A stretch of DNA of 64,000 bases from Syntrophorhabdaceae bacterium (GTDB taxonomy: Bacteria > Desulfobacterota > Syntrophorhabdia > Syntrophorhabdales > Syntrophorhabdaceae): NCBI GenBank assembly GCA_963666485.2, contig CAXXUO010000001.1, positions 544,001-608,000 on the forward strand, given 5' to 3'. Position numbers and translations under genes: made by a program. This document shows positions 46,277-55,818 of this stretch, one piece after another; the stretch's first letter is position 1; the number at the start of each line of letters is the position of its first letter. The notes below the pieces were generated by a model. That model did not search any database. It saw only the letters and a list, made by a program, of their open reading frames with translations, and was not told where the DNA came from.

Positions 46277-46479
46277 TTACCGTAGGAAAAACCCTGCATG
46301 AATGAAATTGCAATTGCAGGCAAAATCATACAGACAACCGGATTATTCCTAAAATAAACGATTCAATTCCTTTTTGATTCCCTGCGCATAGCGCACCGCG
46401 CCTGCACAGGTACGTAATTTGCTCTGCGTCCCGGGAGTGCCGCGTTCACATTTTAATGTGGCAAAAAGGGAATGGATCG

Positions 46480-47148
46480 ATGCGAAGAAGGATCTGGACG
46501 TTTGCCGGAGCGGTCCTCATCATGATGGGAGTCATGGCATATCCCGGATATGCCGCCATGAAAGAACTGTCCGGGACGCCGGCAATAGATCAGAACTGGA
46601 TGGGAACAGAAACGGGATACAGGTACAGCTGCGGCCCCCGGTCGGCAGCGGAGGTCATGGCATACTGGGCCCTGAACGGCTACCCGAACCTCATGTCGGC
46701 GCCTCCTACCGGCGATGTGCCTGACAAATCCCCGCAGATCATCGGCCTCTTCCTCAGCATGGTGAAACACACGACGTATGACGATTACGACTTCGAGCGT
46801 ACTCTCGCCGAACCCAGACTGGTTGACAAGCTGAAGTCATTCCTGGAATCAAAAGGATACAGGGGCACCGTCGAACTGGCGGGGTTCGGGAACGTGACCT
46901 TTGACAGGATCAAAAACGAGATCGATGCCGGCAGGCCCGTCATGCTTCTCGTTACCGCGTGGTACCATTGGATGGTCGTTAAGGGGTATGACGAAGAAAG
47001 CAGGCAACTGCGGGTCCTGTGGGGCCATCCCGACTGGGAGCAGATCCTTGAAAGAACGATATATTTTCCCAGCATCAAGGCAGCTGAAACCGACCCGCTG
47101 ATCGGGGCGAACGCGGTGTACATCAAATTCGATGACCGGATACACTAA
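46480..47148 (+). CDS. Exported C39-like cysteine peptidase
   Basis: Signal peptide; SCGPRSAAEVMAYW (Cys), IKNEIDAGRPVML, HWMVVKGYD (His). Confidence 0.75.
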   Translation: MRRRIWTFAGAVLIMMGVMAYPGYAAMKELSGTPAIDQNWMGTETGYRYSCGPRSAAEVMAYWALNGYPNLMSAPPTGDVPDKSPQIIGLFLSMVKHTTYDDYDFERTLAEPRLVDKLKSFLESKGYRGTVELAGFGNVTFDRIKNEIDAGRPVMLLVTAWYHWMVVKGYDEESRQLRVLWGHPDWEQILERTIYFPSIKAAETDPLIGANAVYIKFDDRIH

Positions 47149-47169
47149 AAGATCGGGCCCGCCTGACAT

Positions 47170-47691
47170 TCAGGATGCAGGGTAGATAATTGACGTCCCC
47201 GTGACCTTCGCTCCGGGATTGACGGTGTGCATCCTGGTACCGTGCATTCCCATAATGTGTTCCACCGTGATGGCACGGACCACGAGGGCATCGGCGATCA
47301 GTGACCTGTGACAGCGCCAGGGGAGTGCCTCTGCACACATGATAACTGTTTTCGCGGAACGGGCGGCCTCAAGGAGCCTCTCGATGCCCCTTGCGAATTC
47401 CGGGGTCTGCATATAGTCGGCAAAACCCCGAAAGGACAGGTTGGTCCACCCGGTATTGATCGAGTGACCGGTCGTATGCCGCAGGCCTCCCAGTTCATTG
47501 AGATGGAGATAACGGATATCACGCTTTCCGAGGTCGGATTCGAGAACGTCTTTGTTAAATTGGGGATTATGGCGGGACCTGGGTATCGTGCGCACGTCGG
47601 CGACCAGTTGGACCGTATAATTCTGGAGAATTTTAATAAATTCATCCGACGGATGCGTCGAGTGGCCGATCGTGTATATCTTTACACTCAT
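47170..47691 (-). CDS. DUF488 family protein
   Basis: IYTIGHST, ADVRTIPRSRHNPQFN, LGGLR, MCAEALPWRCHRSLIAD. Confidence 0.9.
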   Translation of the reverse strand: MSVKIYTIGHSTHPSDEFIKILQNYTVQLVADVRTIPRSRHNPQFNKDVLESDLGKRDIRYLHLNELGGLRHTTGHSINTGWTNLSFRGFADYMQTPEFARGIERLLEAARSAKTVIMCAEALPWRCHRSLIADALVVRAITVEHIMGMHGTRMHTVNPGAKVTGTSIIYPAS

Positions 47692-47816
47692 TTCGGTATC
47701 GCCCTTGCCGCGAAAGCATGCTACTTTTCAAAATATTCATGCCGCCTTGAAAGTCAAGCCGCTTAAGCCGGCCGGGATTGCTGCGCATGACATAAGAACG
47801 CGGGCGGCGTCCGGGC

Positions 47817-48992
47817 TCATCGTTTGCCGGAGTGTTGTTTTATATTGGACGGAAGCTGTATGTTCTCGAAATTTTCCTGAAGCCCATAGCGTTTGAGCAT
47901 ATAAGCCCAATCGGGTTTTTCCATCAATGAGACGAGCGAGATATTGAGGCTCTTCGTAAGCGGGCTGTTCCTGGGAAGGCCGAAACCGAAGAAAAACCTC
48001 CTGAAACCCGTCGGATGGACAAAGATCCTGTCCTTATAATCCATTCCCTCGTAATAATGAAGGGTGATCATGTCATAGAGGAATCCCTCGACCTCTCCGC
48101 TTAATACCGCGTCGAGAGCGTCTTTCTCTTCGGCGTAAAGCTTGTACTTCCCTCCCAGTCTTGGCAGGACTATCGATTCGGCGCTCCCCGTCACGCCGCC
48201 CAGGTACATTCGCCTGAGCTGCTCATCGGTGATAACGCCAACATTGTTGCGGTTCTCATATATGGCATTCGTAAGCGACGCGATCAGGGCGGAGAATGCG
48301 ACAGCGCACAGGAACATCCACGCAAGGCCGAGGGCGCGTGCGGCAAATGACTTCAATGTCACGCCGATGCAGACGCCGGAGGTCAGGGTAGACCCCACCC
48401 AGTAGATGCCGGAACCGATCCCCTTGACCTTGTTCCCCCCGAAATGGTCGGGATTGGCCCGCCTCTCTATCAGCCACAGAATAATGCCGAACAGAAAGAG
48501 GGAAAGACCTAACACACCCAGGATCCTGACGTTGCCCCATGAAAACAGCGTTTTGACCGCAAGCCACCACGGATGGCTTATTTTGCCCGGCAGGGTGGCA
48601 ACCCCCAGCCTGGCATATCCCAGGACTGTCGAGTAGTCAAAGCGTTTCTCCCTCTCGGCGAGCACAAAAAAAGTATCGATCGACAGGTCGATCCGGTTCT
48701 TTTCCAGCGCGTCCAGGATATCTGCAAAGGGCATTTCGCGGAGCTCATAGTCCACCTTTAGATCCTGGGAGATCGCCTTCCAGATATCGACGCTGATACC
48801 ACCCCATTGCCCGTCTTCCATTTTTATAAGGTATGGCGGATCGTGACAGACACCGACGATAAGCTTCTTTCCCTGGAAGCCCGTTTTTTGCCGCCCCGTA
48901 TTCCCCATCGCCGGGCACGCAAACGACAGGCACAGAAAAAGAAGCGCCGACATGAAAACGCATCGAAACCAGTATTCCCGTTTCGCCATCAT
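47817..48992 (-). CDS. GluR0-like protein: split periplasmic ligand-binding domain enclosing a 2-TM/pore channel module
   Basis: Signal; S1 (DPPYL...GISVDIWKAI...AEREKRFDYS); M1 (WLIERRANPDHFG); P region (GIYWVGSTLT); M2 (FSALIASLT); S2 (FGFGLPRNSPLTKSLN). Confidence 0.8.
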   Translation of the reverse strand: MMAKREYWFRCVFMSALLFLCLSFACPAMGNTGRQKTGFQGKKLIVGVCHDPPYLIKMEDGQWGGISVDIWKAISQDLKVDYELREMPFADILDALEKNRIDLSIDTFFVLAEREKRFDYSTVLGYARLGVATLPGKISHPWWLAVKTLFSWGNVRILGVLGLSLFLFGIILWLIERRANPDHFGGNKVKGIGSGIYWVGSTLTSGVCIGVTLKSFAARALGLAWMFLCAVAFSALIASLTNAIYENRNNVGVITDEQLRRMYLGGVTGSAESIVLPRLGGKYKLYAEEKDALDAVLSGEVEGFLYDMITLHYYEGMDYKDRIFVHPTGFRRFFFGFGLPRNSPLTKSLNISLVSLMEKPDWAYMLKRYGLQENFENIQLPSNIKQHSGKR

Positions 48993-49106
48993 GGCTCCTT
49001 GCACGTGATGAAAATCGCCTGTAGCCGGCTGAGAATTATAAACTTTTCCCCAGCACCCGGGCAAGTTTTTTGATCGCTGAATTCAAAGAATTTTAAGGTC
49101 TCACCG

Positions 49107-50120
49107 TTATTCGTAGCCGGGCCCTTCCTCGCCTACCTTCCCTTTGAAGACCCTGTACGCCCAGGCCTGGTAGATGATGACGACCGGGACGAAGATGAGG
49201 GCGACGACAAGCATTATCTTCAGGGTAAGGGGGCTCGATGCCGAATTGTAAGCGGTGAGGCTGAAAGAAGGGTTGAGGCTCGAAGGAAGCATATCGGGAT
49301 AGAGCCCGACGATACCGAAGAACGTGACGCAGACGATCGCGAGCGATGACGCCCACCAGGCTTTCACGGGTGATGCTGCAAGGGTTGCCCTGACCGCGAA
49401 AAGAAGACAGGCCGCGGCGAGGGGGATGATAAAGAGTACGGGGGCCCTGAGGTAATTCTGGTAAAGGCCGGTAAAAAAGGCTGTCATGATAAGGAAGAGG
49501 ACCACAAGGGCCGCCACGATGACCCAGAGCTTCTTTGCGAGAGAGATGGCCCTGTCATGCAGTTCGCCCTGCGTTTTTACCGCCAGCCAGATGGAGCCGT
49601 GCAGCAGGAATAAGCAGAGGAACAAGAGGCCCCCTGCAAGGCCGTAGGGATTCAGAAGCGTTAAGAGGTTTCCCTGGTAAACGCCCGCCCCGTCAATGGG
49701 AATCCCTTTGAAAATGTTGGCAAAGGCGACGCCGAAAAGAAGCGCGGGCAGAAAACTTCCCACTGCGGCCATGATGTCCCAGAGGGACCTCCACGACTGC
49801 CCTTCCCCCTGGTGCCTGAACTCGAAGGAGACCCCGCGTATTATAAGTGCAAAGAGGATGAACATGAGCGGGGTGTAGAAGGCGCTGAAGAGAACGGCAT
49901 ACGTTGCAGGAAAAGCGGCAAAGGTAACACCGCCCGCCGTGATGAGCCAGACCTCGTTGCCGTCCCAGTACGGGCCGATCGCACCATGGATCGCCCGTTT
50001 TTCATTCTCCGTGCGGCCCAGGAAAGGCAGAAGCGTGCCCAGGCCCAGGTCGAACCCGTCGAGCATGAAATAAATGGCCCACAGAAGCCCCCAGAGAATA
50101 AACCATAGTGTCTCGAGCAT
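49107..50120 (-). CDS. cydB: Cytochrome bd ubiquinol oxidase subunit II
   Basis: YFMLDGFDLG, IGPYWDGNEVWL, RGVSFEFR, ASSPLTLKIML. Confidence 0.95.
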   Translation of the reverse strand: MLETLWFILWGLLWAIYFMLDGFDLGLGTLLPFLGRTENEKRAIHGAIGPYWDGNEVWLITAGGVTFAAFPATYAVLFSAFYTPLMFILFALIIRGVSFEFRHQGEGQSWRSLWDIMAAVGSFLPALLFGVAFANIFKGIPIDGAGVYQGNLLTLLNPYGLAGGLLFLCLFLLHGSIWLAVKTQGELHDRAISLAKKLWVIVAALVVLFLIMTAFFTGLYQNYLRAPVLFIIPLAAACLLFAVRATLAASPVKAWWASSLAIVCVTFFGIVGLYPDMLPSSLNPSFSLTAYNSASSPLTLKIMLVVALIFVPVVIIYQAWAYRVFKGKVGEEGPGYE

Positions 50121-50158
50121 GCCCCTTGACCTCCTTTATCTTCCCGGTCCCGTCCCCT

Positions 50159-51460
50159 CTAGGCGGCCGGCCCTTTTCGTACTGCCCGTGCCATGAGCGT
50201 AAATGCGATAAGGCCGATAAGCGTGTAGACGACGATGAATGCCGCGAGCGACAGGGCCACCTGGGATGCAGCGACCGGCGATACGGCCTGGGATGTCCTC
50301 ATCAGCCCGTAGACGATCCAGGGCTGGCGTCCCACTTCGGTCACGGTCCAGCCGAAGGCACAGGCGATATACGGCAGCGGTATCGCGTAGAACATTATCT
50401 TCAGGTAGAGCCGCGAGGATGCGATCCTCTTCCTCAGGAACCACCCGACAACGGTGAGCAGGGCAAAGAGCATCCCCAGCGTGACCATGATCTTGAACGA
50501 GATGAACGTCGCCAGAACGGGCGGGCGGTCCTCTTTCGGAATATCGTTAAGCCCCTTCACAACGGCGTCCGCGGTGTGGTATGCAAGCAGGCTCATGGCA
50601 CCCGGGACGGCCCCTATCTCGATGATGTTCCCGTTGTTCTTCGGGTCGGGAAGCGCGATGAGGTAAACGGGTGCGTTCTTCTGCGTCACCCACAGCGATT
50701 CCAGTGCGGCGAGTTTGCCCGGCTGCTTGTCGGCGAGGTCCGCACCGTGCATGTGCCCCTCTGCGACGACAAACAACGAGAAGATGAGGGCGAAGACAAG
50801 GCCGATGCGGAAGGACTTCAGGAAAATGTCCGTATGCTGTTTCCTGAGAATATGGTACGCGCTGATCCCCATGACGAAGAAGCCGCCCACGACGTAGGCC
50901 GCGGAGAGGGTGTGGAGGATCGTGAGGACCGCGTACGGCTGGGTGACGACCGCCATGAAATCCGACAGGACGGGCCTGCCGTTCTGCATGACGTAGCCGA
51001 CAGGGTGCTGCATCCATGAGTTGGCGATCAATATCCATTTGGCGGAGACGCTCGACGCCCCGGCTACGAGCCAGATGGTGACGCAATGGGCCTTAGGCGA
51101 AAGCTTCTTCCATCCCATCGCCCACACTGCGATAAAAGTCGATTCGAGGAAGAAAGCGACCGTCGCCTCGATGGCGAGGATGGAACCGAATATGTCGCCC
51201 ACGTAGCGGGAATACCCCGACCAGTTCGTGCCGAACTGGAACTCGAGGGTGATGCCCGTGACAACGCCGACGGCGAAGTTGATGAGGAAGAGCTTTCCCC
51301 AGAACTTCGTCATGGTCCTGTACTCCTCGTTACCCGTCCTTACATAGATGGTCTCCATGATCGCAATGATAATGGACAACCCCAGCGTCAGCGGGACGAA
51401 CAGGAAATGAAAATACGTGGCTGCTGCGAACTGGAGCCGGGATAATATGGTCACGTCCAT
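50159..51460 (-). CDS. cydA: Cytochrome bd ubiquinol oxidase subunit I (short Q-loop)
   Basis: LSRLQFA...HFLFVPLTLG, GITLEFQFGTNWS, FFLESTF, ANSWMQHP, QPGKLAALE, TEVGRQPW. Confidence 0.95.
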   Translation of the reverse strand: MDVTILSRLQFAAATYFHFLFVPLTLGLSIIIAIMETIYVRTGNEEYRTMTKFWGKLFLINFAVGVVTGITLEFQFGTNWSGYSRYVGDIFGSILAIEATVAFFLESTFIAVWAMGWKKLSPKAHCVTIWLVAGASSVSAKWILIANSWMQHPVGYVMQNGRPVLSDFMAVVTQPYAVLTILHTLSAAYVVGGFFVMGISAYHILRKQHTDIFLKSFRIGLVFALIFSLFVVAEGHMHGADLADKQPGKLAALESLWVTQKNAPVYLIALPDPKNNGNIIEIGAVPGAMSLLAYHTADAVVKGLNDIPKEDRPPVLATFISFKIMVTLGMLFALLTVVGWFLRKRIASSRLYLKIMFYAIPLPYIACAFGWTVTEVGRQPWIVYGLMRTSQAVSPVAASQVALSLAAFIVVYTLIGLIAFTLMARAVRKGPAA

Positions 51461-51634
51461 TTACGCTGCCTCCATCTTTTTTCTCATTATAAATGACTGC
51501 GCAAATTTTGCAAGCTATGTCCTGCGTCCCGGGACGAGCTCCAGGTTTTGTGAGGCCGGCAGCAAAGCACGCGAGATCCAAACATCGAATTGAAACACCG
51601 AAGATCCGGAAAAAGAATAATACTATCCGAATAT

Positions 51635-51671
51635 ATATCAATTTTCGATTTGACTAATAGATAATAACTAT
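51635..51671. promoter_or_regulatory. LysR/OxyR-like operator in the cydA-yedE divergent region
   Basis: ATAT-N7-CGAT-N7-ATAG-N7-CTAT, overlapping TTGACT (51650-51655). Confidence 0.4.
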
Positions 51672-51707
51672 GATTAATATATGGACTTAAAAATACCGGG
51701 GATATCA

Positions 51708-52802
51708 ATGTCCAAACTGGCAATGATTTTTGCATCGCGATGGGGAATTATCGGGGTCGGGGCCGTCATCGGAATCCTCGCCCCGCTTTTGCAGAAGCTG
51801 GGGAACCCCGCGAACATGGGGGTCTGCGTCGCGTGTTTCGAAAGGGACATAGCGGGCGCGCTGGGCCTCCACCGCGCGGCGGTTGTGCAGTACATGAGAC
51901 CGGAGATCATCGGTTTCGTCTTCGGCTCACTGATCGCCGCTTATATATTCAAGGAATTCAGGGCCCGGGCAGGGTCCGCCCCGGTCGTCAGGTTCATCCT
52001 GGGCGCATTTGCGATGATCGGTGCCCTGGTCTTTCTCGGATGTCCCTGGCGTGCAGCGCTCCGCCTGGCCGGAGGCGACGGGAATGCCATACTCGGGTTG
52101 CTGGGGTTTACCGGCGGGATATGGATCGGAACTCTCTTCCTGAGGAGCGGCTATAACCTCGGACGGTCTCAGACGACCCATACGTCCGTAGGGTGGCTGA
52201 TGCCCCTGATGATGCTCGGCTTTTTCGCCCTGATGCTGATATTCCCGCAGGTACAGGGACAGGACAAGAGCGGCATATTATTCTACAGCGTGAAGGGCCC
52301 GGGCTCGATGCACGCGCCACTCCTTATCTCACTGGGCGTCGGTCTTGTCATCGGCTTTTTGGCACAGAGGAGCAGGTTCTGTACTCTCGGAGCCATTCGC
52401 GACTTTGTCCTTTTCAGGCAGACCCATCTCCTCTCGGGGTTCGTTGCCCTTATCGCGGCCGCATTCCTGACCAACCTCGCCCTGGGGCAGTTCCATCCGG
52501 GTTTTGTAAAACAGCCGATAGCCCATACCATGGGCCTGTGGAATTTCGGCGGGATGCTGCTCGCGGGCCTCGCCTACACCCTGGCAGGGGGATGCCCCGG
52601 GCGCCAGCTTTTTCTCGCAGGTGAAGGGGATGGCGACGCCGCTGTCTTCGTCATGGGTATGATCTTCGGGGCCGGGATCGCACACAACTTCGGCCTCGCC
52701 AGTTCCCCTGACGGCGTGGGGCCATATGGCATTCCCGCAGTAATAACAGGCATCCTGGCATGTATCTTCATCGGGTTCACGATGAGAAACAAGACCGCCT
52801 GA
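51708..52802 (+). CDS. yedE: YedE/YeeE family sulfur/selenium-metabolism membrane protein
   Basis: GNPANMGVCVACFERDIAGALGLH, LGCPWR, QRSRFC, LAGGCPGRQL. Start 51681 or 51708. Confidence 0.88.
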   Translation: MSKLAMIFASRWGIIGVGAVIGILAPLLQKLGNPANMGVCVACFERDIAGALGLHRAAVVQYMRPEIIGFVFGSLIAAYIFKEFRARAGSAPVVRFILGAFAMIGALVFLGCPWRAALRLAGGDGNAILGLLGFTGGIWIGTLFLRSGYNLGRSQTTHTSVGWLMPLMMLGFFALMLIFPQVQGQDKSGILFYSVKGPGSMHAPLLISLGVGLVIGFLAQRSRFCTLGAIRDFVLFRQTHLLSGFVALIAAAFLTNLALGQFHPGFVKQPIAHTMGLWNFGGMLLAGLAYTLAGGCPGRQLFLAGEGDGDAAVFVMGMIFGAGIAHNFGLASSPDGVGPYGIPAVITGILACIFIGFTMRNKTA

Positions 52803-52819
52803 GATCACGAGGTGACGAT

Positions 52820-53038
52820 ATGAGCACGATCATCGACGCACGCGGGCTCTCATGCCCCCAACCGGTCCTCATGACCCTCGACCAGATAAAAAAGATGGGA
52901 AAGGGTGAGATCATCATTCTCGTTGACACGGTCACCTCGACGGAAAACGTTTCCCGTGCCGCAATCTCGGCGGGGTGGACGGTGACCGGCATCGATACCG
53001 GGGGCCCCGAATTCCGTATCAGCATTGCCAGGGAATAA
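52820..53038 (+). CDS. TusA/SirA (YedF-like) sulfur carrier
   Basis: IDARGLSCPQPV motif; GAGGTG SD. Confidence 0.9.
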   Translation: MSTIIDARGLSCPQPVLMTLDQIKKMGKGEIIILVDTVTSTENVSRAAISAGWTVTGIDTGGPEFRISIARE

Positions 53039-53115
53039 CCTGCTTCGTTGACAACATCATCCCCGGATAATAGAATGGACGAGTAAGTATACATTTTATC
53101 CAAGGGGGGTGCCCG

Positions 53116-53820
53116 ATGATCTTCGGCCTTACGAAGGACAAGGCTCATACCAGGCTGCAGCAGGCGTTCGAGACCGGTGATTTCACGGCCGCGATCGATG
53201 CATACAATAAGCTGATCAAGAAGAACCCATCCGACTATGAACTGTTCAACAACCTCGGGATGGCCTACAAGGAATCGGGCCGGTTGCCAGAAAGCATAGA
53301 AGCCTTCCGCGAGGCGAACAGGCTCATGCCCGCCTGCGCGCATCTGAACAATCTTGGCAGTGCTCTCCTTCAACAAAATGACTTTGAGGGAGCACGTGCC
53401 GCGTTTGCGGACGCACGCAAACTCGACCCGACGGATCCCAAACCGTGGTTCAACATGACCGTGGCGCTGCGCGAAGAGGGGCGCCTCGAAGATGCCTATC
53501 GGGAACTCCGGGAATTTCTCGGCGCCCACCCGACACACGCGAACGGTTTGGGCGACCTGGGATGCTATCATCTCGATCGCGGCGAGACCGCCGAAGCCAT
53601 CGACTGTTTCACAAAAGCCGTGGACAACAACCCGAATGCCCTGGGCCCAAGGCTGAACCTCATACGGACCCTGTGCGACGCGGGGCAGTATCCGGACGCA
53701 ACCCCCCACCTCGACCTGCTTGCCCGGTCCGGTTTTAAGGTCAGGGTGAATGTAGAAAAAGGTTTGATAGAGATCGACATCAACGGCTCCCCTTTTTACC
53801 GGGGCGAGGTCAGGGAATAA
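53116..53820 (+). CDS. TPR repeat protein
   Basis: Repeated NNLG/WFN TPR motifs. Confidence 0.82.
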   Translation: MIFGLTKDKAHTRLQQAFETGDFTAAIDAYNKLIKKNPSDYELFNNLGMAYKESGRLPESIEAFREANRLMPACAHLNNLGSALLQQNDFEGARAAFADARKLDPTDPKPWFNMTVALREEGRLEDAYRELREFLGAHPTHANGLGDLGCYHLDRGETAEAIDCFTKAVDNNPNALGPRLNLIRTLCDAGQYPDATPHLDLLARSGFKVRVNVEKGLIEIDINGSPFYRGEVRE

Positions 53821-53844
53821 CCGCCGCCGGCCGTTGGACCCGTT

Positions 53845-55818
53845 TTACCGTTTATCGTTGTTCGCAAGCCACGCGCGCGCGGATTCTTTGAGTGCCTGGC
53901 GATCCCGGGCGTTCAATCCGTCAGGATCAAACCGGTACCGGTAATGCAGGGACACGATCCGGCGCAGTTGGTCGTGCATAGAGGCGTCGGCTGCGATCCT
54001 GTCGATCCACATCCCGGGAGGCTCCCATTTTTGCCGCCCCAACCCCCGCCGGTTTAGTTCACTTTCGACAGCGTAGAATTCCGAGTCTATTCCCTTTTGA
54101 GGTTCCAGGGCAGTCTCCTGCCACTGCTTTGCCTTTCGCAGGAAGACCCGCTTCTTGACGTACAGCCTCCACACGAATATGATGACGATCGGTATGGCGA
54201 TCCATAAGATGTAATGCGTAAAACGGCTCTTTTGATCGCTCCACACCAACCCGGAAACCTTGAAAACGAGCCATGACCACAGGTCGGTCACGGTCCGCAA
54301 CCCCGAATCATTCTTTTCGGCGTCGAACCACGAGGACGGGGTGGTGTCCACATCACGCCAGGCCCCGTCGACAAAGGCACGAGCCCAGGCATGGGCGTGT
54401 TTCGACCTCACGATATACGTCTTTTCCAGCGGGCTGAACTCCTGGACGGAATAGCCTGTCGCATACCGGGCGGGGATCCCCGCAGCCCTGAGCAAAAGGA
54501 CCGTCGCCGTCGCAAAATATTCACAATGCCCGGAATGGGACCTCAGGAGAAAATCCTCAACGGGGTCCTTTGCGGCATCTTTCTGGTATGTCGAATAGCG
54601 GAAATTGTCGTTGAAATAACGGGTCACCGCCTGAACGGCCTCGCCGGGCGGTCGTGTCCTGAGCTGAAGGTCTTCGACCAGCTTCGACAACACAGGGGAC
54701 ATGTTCTGGGGAAATTTCAGATCTGCCTCCTGCGGCGGTGCGAGTTGCGCGGCATTCGCGTCAAACCGGACCATGTAATTCACGAGAGCAGGACCGTCGC
54801 CAACAGTCACGGTCCCGAACCCGCTCTGTTTCATTTCCCTCACCGGCAGGCCCTCTATGCGTGATGCGCCATGCGGCAGGGCGAGTACCCCCTTTCCCCC
54901 CTTGAGATACGCCGATACGCTCATACTCTTCTTCGGGTCAGGGGAATTGTTGAGGTCCCATGTCGCGCCGTCCTGGCCGGGCCTGACCGGCTTGAAAACA
55001 GAGCCGCGGGCGAACCACGTGGATGCGCCGTACAGGTCATAACCGGCATCCTGCAGGAGAAAAGGCGGCCGGGGCCCGTTCTTGTCAGTTACCACACGAA
55101 GCACGATCTTCTCCGAGAGTTTCAGTGAACCGATACGGCCGAGTGCCGTTTTGCTTTTGTACGCATCGGGGGCTTCGCCCGGCACCTGGGCCGCCACGGC
55201 AAACTCCTCCACAACGCCCTGTAGCTTGTTAAGCCCGATGTGACCGATAAACCCCAAACCTCCGACAGCAACGAGGAGGGTGACCCAGATGACGGGCTTG
55301 AAGGCCTTCGGGCGATGAACAAAAAGCACCCATGCCAGCAAAACGGCAAACCCGGCATAGAACCATAGGGTCCTGATATTGGCTGCGCTCGCCGACAACA
55401 GGCAGATCGCAAAATAGGGATAGGAAAGATCGACAAGTTTCTGCGGCTTATCCTTTTCTGCGTGCTTCTTTCTGACAACAAGCCTCAGCAGGCTGATATC
55501 TATTTTATTCGCGGTGCTGTACGCCTGCGCAATGATGAGCGGGAGTAGGGCAAGCGGGGTTGCCCGAAATAAGGATATGAACGCATCCACGAGGTTTGCC
55601 CGGCCGGCCGTTAAGAAAACATAGACAACCCCGCCGATGAGCAGAAGATCGCACAGGTAAATGACGCGCTTGAGATCGGTCGGGGACAGGTCCCACCTGA
55701 GCCTTACGAGGCGCGACCCTTCAAGGACGACGGCCCCTGCGATGCCAAACCAGAGAAATCCCGCCTGCCAGCCCCAGAAAAGAAGTGTCGCTCCGATCAA
55801 AAAGGGCGGTGTGTTCAT
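53845..55818 (-). CDS. Membrane transglutaminase-like protein (TgpA type)
   Basis: N-terminal TMs; GHCEYFATA, GIPARYATGY, HAHAWA, WRDVDTTP triad; YRYRF tail. Confidence 0.88.
   Translation of the reverse strand: MNTPPFLIGATLLFWGWQAGFLWFGIAGAVVLEGSRLVRLRWDLSPTDLKRVIYLCDLLLIGGVVYVFLTAGRANLVDAFISLFRATPLALLPLIIAQAYSTANKIDISLLRLVVRKKHAEKDKPQKLVDLSYPYFAICLLSASAANIRTLWFYAGFAVLLAWVLFVHRPKAFKPVIWVTLLVAVGGLGFIGHIGLNKLQGVVEEFAVAAQVPGEAPDAYKSKTALGRIGSLKLSEKIVLRVVTDKNGPRPPFLLQDAGYDLYGASTWFARGSVFKPVRPGQDGATWDLNNSPDPKKSMSVSAYLKGGKGVLALPHGASRIEGLPVREMKQSGFGTVTVGDGPALVNYMVRFDANAAQLAPPQEADLKFPQNMSPVLSKLVEDLQLRTRPPGEAVQAVTRYFNDNFRYSTYQKDAAKDPVEDFLLRSHSGHCEYFATATVLLLRAAGIPARYATGYSVQEFSPLEKTYIVRSKHAHAWARAFVDGAWRDVDTTPSSWFDAEKNDSGLRTVTDLWSWLVFKVSGLVWSDQKSRFTHYILWIAIPIVIIFVWRLYVKKRVFLRKAKQWQETALEPQKGIDSEFYAVESELNRRGLGRQKWEPPGMWIDRIAADASMHDQLRRIVSLHYRYRFDPDGLNARDRQALKESARAWLANNDKR

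Noticed and set aside
51708..53038. Selenocysteine recoding in yedE/tusA
   Set aside because: All motif positions are ordinary Cys codons; no in-frame TGA within the domains.
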